From Tubiluchus corallicola (lineage: Eukaryota; Animalia; Priapulida), in assembly GCA_030141605.1 (NCBI GenBank), contig JAQGDQ010000987.1, positions 1 through 64,000 on the forward strand: DNA of 64,000 bases, written 5' to 3'. A program made the translations under genes and the position numbers. The notes under the pieces were generated by a model that saw only the letters and a program-made list of their open reading frames with translations, was not told the origin of the DNA and ran no database searches. Within the stretch, counting starts at the first letter, position 1; every line of letters starts with the position of its first letter. Shown piece after piece: positions 50,071-60,878 of the stretch.

Positions 50071-50428
50071 AATTCTGCTGTGACAATGTGCATGATGGAC
50101 TCGACGCGGATATTTGACTTGTTTGATTTCTCCAGTAGGACTCAAAGGCGGCAGCTCAGTTTTCGAATATAAAGTTATGCTAAATTCCACGGATCCATTG
50201 CACTGATTTGTCATGTCCCTTCCTTCACTGAGCGCTTTTTTACTCGTCAAAGCCTCGTCCGTGACAGTTAAACAATTCTTATTCGCATTGATGAATTGTC
50301 CTGTTTCATCAAAGTCACCCCCTTCAACAGATTCATCAACGTTATTTGAATTCATTTTGTCTGCAAGAGGGTTTATTTCTGTGACAGATTCTGAGTTGTG
50401 TTGTAGCACTGCATTATCGACACTTGCA
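50071..50428 (-). CDS. Upstream exon of the same uncharacterised protein
   Basis: Pyrimidine tract with CAG acceptor at 50429-50431; donor ATT|gtaagt at 50070 in phase 0, matching the 41348 acceptor; possible start AAAATG at 50355 (would give 447 aa). Confidence 0.62.
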
Positions 50429-51269
50429 CTGAGCCTCAAAGAACAAAAAGGAAAGAGGAACAATGCACTAAAAGTTCAACTAGTATTTTTTGCGTAGCTC
50501 CATGGCAGATCACAAAAAACTTCTCTATAATATACTTCAGTGTTAATTTTGTGCTAACAATAAATGCTGTGTCATTTTCCAGTTTAAAACGAGCTAATCA
50601 TTCACGTTCTGCACGCGTTTTTCACAAATTAAAAATTCTATTAAGCAGCACTTCATGATGCTGATTTCACTAACGATTACAGACGACACGTGTTTGATTA
50701 ACTGGCAGTGATTTGCACTCCTCATCCACGAAGCAACTTTCTTTATTCTGGAGCGGATGATCTCCTGCAAAACTTGGCTTCAAATGACCTACTGTTTAGT
50801 TAAAACTAACAAACTCTGCAGCGCAGTTCAGGTAATGATAGACGAGCTGGAGTAAAGTGGGTTTTTCGGTTTCATTAAGGGTTGCATAGCACGCCAAATC
50901 GAAAAATACCAAGAGGGGCAGCTGCAGCTGATTTTGGATTCTTGTGCATCCCAAAGTTACTGCCAGGAATTTTAAAATTGTCAAAATGAATATATTTGCA
51001 ATCTGCGTTGTTTCGAGTGTATTAAAATAAGAAGATGAAATCTATTATACAAAAGCAGTGACATATAAAATCAGTTTTTGTTCACATTTCAAAATCTATC
51101 GATTTTTCTTTTCAAATTAATGATAAAGGTATTTTTTGGAGAAAACACAAACGTCCAGCAACGAGTTTTAAGGAAACTTCTAAAGTTTCTGAGACAGAGT
51201 GCAGTTAACGGAATAAACTGTTGACACAATTACTGTTAACAGAAATTTTTAGTATATGAACTGCATACC

Positions 51270-51475
51270 ATATTAATACTGACCTGAAAACGTTTAACAC
51301 TGTCAATCATCAAAATCTGTTGAGCTAGTGATATACTGCGGTACAGCAGGGCACCAAAAACAGGGATTGTAAGGAACCTAACGAATTGCAGGCACATTGC
51401 TGCGATATTTTCTTGTTACCTAGTTAACCACATAGGGCGCTCCTCAAGGCTCAAAGCTGCTGCCAAATTTTTCAA
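51270..51475 (+). pseudogene. Highly decayed non-LTR reverse transcriptase fragment
   Basis: DLKTFNTVNHQNLLS (cf. DLSKAFDTVNH.ILL) and GAPQGSKLLP (cf. GVPQGS.LGP), in the expected order. Confidence 0.6.
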
Positions 51476-54093
51476 ATATCCGCTAACGTGCCTAATTGGC
51501 CAGGCGAAAAAAAGCGCGATCTACAAAATAATACTCCTCCTACAGTGTGAATGGCGCGTTGTTCTCTTGGGGCACGAATAAAAGTGAACAGAAAATAACG
51601 CTACTGCTCTGTAAGTAGGCCCGTTTAACTTTGGCTTCACTTTACTGAATTATTAATGATTTCCTCAGAGGCTAGTAAAAATCTATATATTTTATTTTCA
51701 GTAAAATTACCTGTATATATTGAAAAAACCATTTAAATTAACAAGATTTATCATTCGGGAAAGATAATTGGGCCAATTATTAAAGTTTATGTTGTAGGCA
51801 ATGACCAAAGATTTATTTAAGTATTTTTAGATATTTGATCGTATAAACGTACGTTCAACCAAGGTCAAAAGTAACATTTTTCCTGAAAAAAATTAAGAAC
51901 AAAAGGAGAACGAAGTGTTGTAAATTTTTTCCCTATACCTTCATCATGCAATTAGAGTCTTACCGTAACCGTACAGAGTCTTACAGATGGAAGATGTGTG
52001 TTACACTTGATGTGTGTTACCCTGCCTGATATTCTCACAATAATGAACTATAGCTGACTAATAATTTCTATTATTTAAGCTAATATGGCTTTATTTGATA
52101 TTTGTAAAGCTGTGAAAGGATCGAATGCTCACTCTGTTGCCATCCTCTATGTTATCAGTAACTAACATGATTTTCCTTGCCTATATCATTAGTACGTCAA
52201 CGGCGCATAAATTTGTCCACAAGCAATGCAATTATGCAACTGTCAATGCATCAGAGAAAGTAAACCACAATTCTGTCTACCATAATAACTAGTTTGTAAG
52301 TTGGTCAACAATTCTCTTCTTTTCTTGGATATTTCTACTTTGTCGATTCAGATTGTCTTTGTCGATGCAAGAAAGTAATTCTTTGCACTGACCAGGAGGT
52401 AATTGCGTTTGACGCATAAATGATTACATACCCAGCCACAATTATATACGTGTTTGGCTGAGCAAAAATTCACTGCCTGTGATGCCCTATAGTTATGGGC
52501 AATATTGGTCACATTATGCAGTTTCAATTGGCATACAGTATATAACGATTTATTTGAAGATTAATGGTTAACTCACACAGATTCAATAGTTCTTCATATA
52601 AACAAATTTTTTCGGGGATCTTTGTTCTAGTTGTCAACAAAATTTAGCGAAAATATTGTAACAAACAGCCTAATAATAATTTGGGATCCAAATAAACGAA
52701 CGCAGCTTGAAATTGCGCGATTTCGCCCACGCAAATAATGCGATATGCTAAAACCTACATGACAACGTACCTGTTGAAGATATGGTCAAACAGACTGAGG
52801 AATCGAGCGCAGTTACAAGGAGAAAGGGCAATTGAAATAAAAGCGCACATTACACCTCTTGAATAAAAGCGAAAGGCTTGTTGAGACGACGGCAGATAAT
52901 TTACTTTTAAATTTCTAGAGAGGAACTAGACTCTTATCATCAGAGATCAAAGCATAAATCGTACAATTGACTGTGACCAGAGAAGAACGAACTGCTGTAC
53001 ATTCATTTTTTTGCTGTAGATTGGTAAACGAAGATAAGAGGTTGTCACTGCGCAACCGAATTCCAACTTTGAACTTGAGAGAGATAATAAGTGAAAGGAA
53101 CATTAATGAATGTAAATTTTTTTAAATACTGTAAGGGAAATAATCGTGAAAAAACTATTAGAATGCCCGCAAATATTAGCTTGCTAAAAATATTCTGTCT
53201 TCTTTTTTTTTGGTAAAACATTATTGTAAGGTATAATTTTAAGTCTGTTAAAATTAATGAAAATTGTTCGAATTTTTATACGTCGCTTTTCATAACCCTA
53301 AGCCTTTGTCCATTTAAAAGTTTAGCGAAATTAACAATGTTATAACGTCTTTTGTAAAAAGGCGTAGCGTTTTACGTGAAGTTGAGTCCACGACTAAAAA
53401 GTTTAGCGAATCTCAAACGGGAGGCACTTGGAAAAATTTCAAATGTAAGTGAATCAATCAGAGAAAAACTCCAAAAGTGGAAACCTTCTCTGTATGTGCA
53501 AATACGATAAATAGGTATATACACGTTTACATATACAAGGTGTTGTACTTCTCAACAATATAGTTAATGTTTAAATCAAATACAAGTTTGTGAACCATTC
53601 AATAAGGATTTCTTTTTTATCTGACTGCAATTAAAAATGAGATTTAATTTCACAAATTGTTTTAGTAATGTACCATTATAAAAGTATGACACAGAATAAT
53701 ATATTAGATGTCAATTGAAAATGTGGAGAGGTGAATAAACGTGGCTTTGACAAACTCTACAATAGGTCAAAAGAAACGCAATTCAAATGCAATACAAAAA
53801 TAGGGTCACTCATGTCAAATCAATAATTCATTCTTATTTTGATAAAAAGAAAACACTTTCACTTAGCAGTTACAGCAATCATTTAATTATTTCCTAGACA
53901 ACTGTTTAATTTGACTAAATTTTAATAAAGATAGCTTGTTATAATCATCAATTACTATACTTGCTTCAGATACGCAAGTGCAGTAATTTGAAAACAGGAA
54001 CAGACTGATTTCCTGTTATAGCCGTCCCAGAAATCTAAGCGGCAGCTTCAAACTCCGCATCATAAGTCCTTACCATGCCTTTTTAAAGCGTTG

Positions 54094-54194
<101 letters not shown>

Positions 54195-57070
54195 CACTGG
54201 ACGATGCAGCACTCATTGCCTTAATAAAAGAGTTTGCCACATTTGGAGGTGTGTGCAACTTCCGTTAAGGAGTATAATATGTAAGTAACCAGGTTGGTAC
54301 GCTAAGAGATAGCCAGAAACACTCATTTTACTAATCATCCTCAGTGCTGTTTAACTTTCGCTGTTTTCGAGCTTCGTCGCCGCTTTTTTCGCTTAAGATT
54401 CACGAAGTACGCCATATTTAATCAAGTTTGGTGTCCTTTCTTGTCTTCTGCCATATTATCTCCTTAAGAACAAGACTGCGTCGTTTCCTGTTCAACTACT
54501 GCGTGACAATTTTATGTCAGTGGAGATTATCAGATAAATAAATGTTACTTTCAGTTTAATAAAAGGTACCTCTTTTAACAGTCTCTGCGAACCCTGGGGC
54601 TGTTAGCTAGTTGTTGTCCACGGCGTGTCCTTCCTAGTTTCACCATTTAAAGGTATAAAATTATTAAATTGTATCCGTTTTACAAAATTTTTATCTGTTT
54701 ATATAAAACAGATAGTATAATGAAAGATCTTGATTTTATCATTTTTATTAAAACACAAGTTTATTTATTGGTTTTTATATATATGTGTGTGTATATATAT
54801 CTTTTATATCTTTTGGTTCTATTACAATATAGCCGTAGTACCTGTCTGACATACTAATTCTCTCACCTATCTGTGTCACGCGTACAACTTTCTCTGTCGT
54901 TCCTTTACTCTATAACGCTTGAATATGTGTCAGGTGTGTCATAAATGTTAAGTCTACTGGACACTGTAATTTTCAGTAATGCTTGGTTAACGTGCATCAC
55001 ATTGTGGGCATATCTACAACACACTTAACAGCGTAAGCTATTCTGCTTTAATTAAAATAAAATAAATCTCAATGAAATGTGGTGATTATTTCAAAAAAGA
55101 GACCTAAAATTAATCTATATCCATAACCCACACTCATTTACAAAAACTAGTAACTTCGTCGTTTTCGTATGATTTGGTAGCGCCCTCTCTTCTGAGTGTT
55201 TCGGATAGTACAGGTGGCTATAATAGTTTATCGGTCAATGATTTCGATAAATCGTATATAACCAAAAGAGGCCGTAAATGACTTGCCAATTGCTTATACA
55301 CACGGAGAACAAAAGTTTGTGCCTGGGTAGCTAGTTTAGTGGTGAGTGTTGTACATATAGTTCTCACTCTGAACATGCAAAAGTGATAGTTTTTCAACAG
55401 AAAAAGAAAAACTCATTTGGAAGAAAACCATTAATTTTCCAACAATTTCATAGCGGGAAATTGTTCGCATACACAGTGGTCGTTTCTTCCAAATTAGTTT
55501 TCAATATTGCTTGTGATCGTTCTTTAGTGTTTCTGTGAAATCTCCAGAATCATTAGTAGAAGCGGCGACTGTACTGGTTTAGTATAATTTATTTTAATTA
55601 TTATTTAATTTGGAGACAGAGTGAGCAATAACTCTGTTTTCTGTGCAAGGAAGGATGAGAGTTACACAAACAGATGGGAGTATCTGTTGTTGTAAATAAC
55701 ACAGAAAAGAAAAGAAAAGAAATGCATTTCATACATTAATACAGTAAATTTAATTGCTATAAGTTAAGAAGAGCAGAAAATCACGTTAAAATTTATTAAA
55801 ATTTATTACCAAATTCCATTTAAAAAGCTGTAAATTCTCAAAAAGCCGTTCAATCTATTTTTCCTACTCACACTTATCTCTTTGTTTTAAATATTGAATG
55901 ATAATGTTTAAATAACATAGCTGTTTAAAAAGCAGAAGATTTTGGGGACAAATCCCGGTGGAGGTGTAATTTTTTTGTTTTCGCGCGTTTATATCATTAA
56001 TATATTGCATGAATAGGCATACTGTTTTGGATCTTGGGAATGCGCGAGAATATATTATTGTTTGCAAAGAATTTTTCACTCTTGGAGAGTCAGCCTTTTG
56101 AAAAATAATCATTTTCACACATTTACGTTAAAGATACTTAAAGCGATATAAGATTTTGGAAAATAGCAAAACAACCCTCTTGAAAACAGCGCTGACTTGA
56201 GAGAACATACAGAAAAGTTATATGACTTTTATCATGTCACACTACAATGTTTGAAGGCACACTTTGTTTTTATTTTTTCTTTAGCAAACCAGTATCACCA
56301 TTAAAACATTGTGCTGTACAAAAAAAATTACACTTTCATTATAAATTTTTAACAGCAATTGGCAACACGCGACTTTTGTCACGAAGAGAATTTTAAATTA
56401 AAATTTACAACAAAAAAGACGTTAAATATGATGACCTATACAAATATTATTTCGAGAGGTTCCTTAAAAATTATAAACATATAAAGACAAAATAATCAGG
56501 CAATGGTCATTGTTCAACAAATAAAATAAAAAATTTAACTAAAAATAGCATTTGTGACTTGAAAAGTATTCGTAATTTAAAATACAAATAATTAAAAAGA
56601 GCGTGCAGTGTGCCCTGATTCGTTTATTGTAGCATTTAAAAGGACCTCGTAATAGAACAACGTTGGTGTTTCTAGAAAAAATACAGCTATTTCACTACTG
56701 TGACTATCTAGCAGTTTAATTAGAATGTGGTTATGCTAAATCAAAACTGTAAAAATATCAAATTACTAAATAAGTTTTAATTAACTAGAAATTGGGCATC
56801 AGCTAAAAGCGTTGTAGCAGATGTAAGGAGGTAGCCGAATGAAAATAAAGCAGCAGCGCACTCTGGTGTGAAATTGAGTAACCACTATTTTCGTGTTTCT
56901 AATAATGCCAAGAGTTTTGTCACACCACGTATCTGCATTACATATACAGAAGAGCCATGAACAGAAAAGTAAAGTATGAAAGGGAAATCAGTAGGGTATG
57001 TTAGACGTTTTTAATTTTTTCAACGGTTCCAATGCATATATCTGTGTTTATATTTTATTTTTAGGTTGAA

Positions 57071-58126
57071 ATGAGGACTCTTTCTGTTCTTGTGCTCCTA
57101 GGGAGTGTGTCTAGTATTCTCTGCAGCGGACTTGGAGGTGGCGGAGGAGGATATGGAGGAGGAGGAGGCAGCTTAGGAAATGTCGGCGGAATCTCACTCG
57201 GCGTTGGAGGTGGACAGTATGGTGGAGGAGGCCTCTATGGTGGAGGATATGGATTAGGTGGAGTAAGTGGCGGCTTAGGTGGTGGCTTAGGCGGTGGCGT
57301 AGGCGGATATTCTGGCAGAGGTTTCGTGGGAGGCGGAATTGGCACTGGCGTTGGAGTAGGATTGGGCGCTGGTGGTGTTGGCGGATTTGGAGGCATCGGT
57401 GGTGGTGTGTCCGGAGGCAGCTTTGGCGGTGGCATTGGTGGCTTTGGTGGCGTTGGAGGAGGAGCTGGCAATTTCGGTGTTAGCCGTGTTGGAGGTGGTC
57501 TTGGAGGATTTGGAGGCACTAGCGGATTCATCGGCGGTACTGGTGTTGGCGGTGCTGGTATTGGCGGTGCTGGTATTGGCGGTGCTCGTATTGGCGGTGC
57601 TGGTATTGGCGGTGCTGGTATTGGCGGTGCTCGTATTGGCGGTGCTGGTATTGGCGGTGTTGGTATTGGCGGTGCTGTTGATGTTCGTAACTATGGCAAC
57701 ATCGACTCACAAGCCTATGGAATCAACCCATTTTCTGGCAACTATGTTGATGTTGAGGCTTTCGATTTCAATGGTGCCCGCAATGAGGCAAGACAACTCG
57801 CACCCCAGACCCAAACCGTACAAGAAAATGTGGTCGTCGGAAAGACCTACCGTAAAGGAAGTGCCAGAGAGTATGAGCAGAGTAGTGCCAACCGAGCCGG
57901 AACCGGAAAAGGTGAAGCTGGTATCACACTTGAAGCCGCAAGATCAGCAACTCAGAATGCTGAACAAAGCTACACTCAGGAAGCCAGCGGTGCCGGCAAA
58001 GTCGAAGAAGGTAGCGCCTACGCGTTTGAGCGACAACCCAGAATTCAGTTCCAAGCTGTTAGAGTTGACTCTCTTCCTGTTCACTCTGGTCCCAAAGAGA
58101 AAGTTCCCGTAAGAACTGGATGGTAA
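57071..58126 (+). CDS. Secreted glycine-rich structural-type protein (351 aa)
   Basis: Signal-peptide-like N-terminus MRTLSVLVLLGSVSSILC, then about 180 aa of Gly-rich sequence including GGAGI pentapeptides, then about 150 aa of non-repetitive Cys-free C-terminus; splice acceptor ttttag ends at 57064 just upstream. Confidence 0.9.
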   Translation: MRTLSVLVLLGSVSSILCSGLGGGGGGYGGGGGSLGNVGGISLGVGGGQYGGGGLYGGGYGLGGVSGGLGGGLGGGVGGYSGRGFVGGGIGTGVGVGLGAGGVGGFGGIGGGVSGGSFGGGIGGFGGVGGGAGNFGVSRVGGGLGGFGGTSGFIGGTGVGGAGIGGAGIGGARIGGAGIGGAGIGGARIGGAGIGGVGIGGAVDVRNYGNIDSQAYGINPFSGNYVDVEAFDFNGARNEARQLAPQTQTVQENVVVGKTYRKGSAREYEQSSANRAGTGKGEAGITLEAARSATQNAEQSYTQEASGAGKVEEGSAYAFERQPRIQFQAVRVDSLPVHSGPKEKVPVRTGW

Positions 58127-58944
58127 TCTCATCGCTCACCCAATAGTATACTGCAATAGTATTCCTACCTTTTGTACAATGTACATACTTTCATGGCATA
58201 AACTCAATGATATTAGTTTTGTTTATTTTATTGTTTATATTTGTATACCGGGTTGAGACGTTTCTCTCTTTGTGTAGCAAGCGAAAGAAAAGATGTCAAA
58301 TTGCAGGATTGCAAGTGTTGCAAAAACGCATTTTGACATTGTTCTTAATCAGAATACCATCAAACTTGAAAATTTATTACCATAGAGTTCTAGGCAGTAA
58401 GTAACTCCTTCATCATCATTGTTGTTGCTATTATTATTATTATTATTGTGGTTATTGTTATGTAAACACGCAAACATTTTGTCTCCATGGGTTTAAGCAG
58501 TTGTGACACTGACAGGGCCATCATTGTTTATCATAGTTATTTTGTTTGTTTATGCAATCACATTGTTATAAAAATACTATCAAACAGTAAAATTTTAGTT
58601 TTTTGGTTTCTTATTGTTTTACGGAAGCCAGAGCTGTAATGGGAAGCAGAAGGAATTTGTTTCGCGGAGACCAGCAGGAGGAGTTTTGGCAAATCAATCA
58701 AGGTTTCAAACATGAACGTCATTTCGAAGATGTTTTAAATATAAACAGACATTAAATTAAGAAGGCACCGATCCAAAAGATCACATCAGTGAAAATGGAA
58801 ACAAAAAAAGAAATTATGACTCGTGAAGAAAAAACAAAAAGGGAGGAATTAACTTGAAATTTAAAAACCGGGAGACAGTAAGGAGGAAAACAGAAAAACA
58901 AAACTTGGGGAAAAACGACAAAGACACAAACTGGAAGAAAGGGA

Positions 58945-58982
58945 GAAAGAAAGAAAGAAAGAAAGAAAGCAAGCAAGCAAGC

Positions 58983-59046
<64 letters not shown>

Positions 59047-59070
59047 AAAAAGAAAGAAAGAAAGAAGAAA
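58945..59070. repeat. (GAAA)n microsatellite in an A-rich tract
   Basis: Direct inspection. Confidence 0.95.
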
Positions 59071-59974
59071 GGCAGGTAGGAGGAAAATAAAAAATAAAAA
59101 TGAAAGAGGAAAAGAGAAATAAAGACAAATAAAAGAAAAGACAAATAAAGAAAAAAGAAAACAATAAAAAAAGAAAAGCAACAAACAGAAGAAAGAAAAA
59201 CGAACAATCAAAATAAAAAAGGAAAACAAAGTTTCCCCAAAGGCAGTCCTTGCTCTATAAAGCTTAGCTTCTGCATCTGTCGTGATTCTACTCTAGTAGG
59301 AAGGCAATGCTTGATTTTTACTTACGTAACAAGTCACTTTTGTGGACAAACAACACAGCTACTGAAACCAAACCCCAGTCCGCTAATATTGTGTCAAACA
59401 TTGCCGTGGTCCATGCAGATCGAATTTCATCAAACACTGCATTCAACATGTCTAGTTCTACAAAAGATTGGTAGTCAGGTCTCTGTTCTCTTTTTGCTTT
59501 AAAACACTCAAGGGCCGTAAGTTCACAAGGCCTTCTCTAAAGAAACATATATATGCGTAAAACTGCATTCTTATTCGGTTTACAATCACCTGGGTCATTA
59601 GTAATTCGTGGCATTAATGTTTAAATTAGCAGTCAGAGCAAATATGCCAACGAGACATAGTTACTGAGTGTATATGCAGTCTATTAAATTCAGTAGTTTT
59701 GTATAGTGGGTGTGTTCAATTTAAGTTAAATACATGTAGATTCAATTAAATGGTAGATGAACTAAATTGTAAATTAAGAACAAGCTGTAATTGCAAATTT
59801 AATAAAAAGCAATTTAGGTAAGTATATAGTACAATGGTAAAAGTGGCAACACTTTACTACAGTATAGTGAGCTCCCTAAAGAGATTAAGCAAAGTTAACA
59901 GAACCAAAAAGCTCAATAGCATTCTTTCGTCATTATATACTTCTGTGGTATTTCATCGGAAATATACGACAGCT

Positions 59975-60270
59975 TCGCCAGTGTACAAACTTGCCAGCTG
60001 GACGAAATCACTGGAAAAGTATACCACTGGCGAAGCCTGCACTATCAAAATGCGCGCTGACAAAATGTATATCTGGTGAAGTGTGCACTGGCAAAATGGT
60101 GCACTACAAATTGCGGTATTGGCAAAGTGTCTGACCAGCAAAATTGTGCACGCGGCGAAGTGTATGTTGACGAAATGTACCAATGGTGATCTGTGTAACT
60201 GGCGAACTATATAATTGGCGAAAAGATCTAGTGCATTGGTGAAATGTCAAATGGCAAAATGGATGGCTAC
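59975..60270. repeat. Degenerate ~16-bp tggcgaa/tggcaaa repeat array, probably a transposon arm
   Basis: Recurring ggcgaa/ggcaaa/ggtgaa motifs preceded by two inverted copies (ttcgcc, ttgcc). Confidence 0.55.
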
Positions 60271-60878
60271 TTTTCACGGAGTATTTACTTCAACGTCGTG
60301 CATGCCAGTCATTTTGCTTTCCGTGTTTTACGTACATTATAACGGTACTTGATAAACTGTGTAGTCGGATATTAATTTTTTTCGATATCTGGATCCTTCA
60401 CTCTTTTGAACTTATTTTAAGAGTCAAAAGACCACAGAAAAGTAAGAAAAGGCGGTTTACTAAGTTGTTTATATAACACTGCACGGTTCGGTATAGACTG
60501 CCTCAAACTGCTTGGAACTAACATTGCTCTATTTTCCAAGGGTGGAACGAACCATCGGTCAGTGCTTGTTTCTGCCATTTTGCCACTTACATCCTAATAC
60601 ATGTAAACCAACCAAGCAAACTATTGTGGCAAGTAACAAAAAGCAATCATCGCTCTTGTAAGAGTAGAAATAGTGTTGCAAAAACTACTAGGCCTAGAAT
60701 TTTTTACCGGAATCTCCCAGATCTACTCGTACGTCTCAAGGCCGTTCACAGAGGTCATGTTTATTTACGCATTCTATACGTTAGGAAACTCACTAGATGT
60801 GTTCGGTTCTTGCACTTACCACGTAGGAACCTTTGTTTTAATAGTTAAAACTGTTGTTATGCATGTACAGCTACAAAT

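Noticed and set aside
50480-50503. Minus-strand perfect-Kozak GCCATGG as the start of the orphan gene
   Set aside because: Out of frame and stops after MELRKKY; it lies upstream of an apparent acceptor, so it is probably intronic.
54341-54454. Minus-strand MAEDKKGHQT*LNMAYFVNLKRKKRRRSSK with an in-frame TGA (selenoprotein or readthrough idea)
   Set aside because: Very short, several further stops, no SECIS recognised and no compatible splice donor.
57235-58112. Overlapping ORFs: 246-aa (AVLVL)n on + and Pro-rich or HRQYQ ORFs on -
   Set aside because: Frame shadows of GGN-rich codons in the Gly-rich gene.
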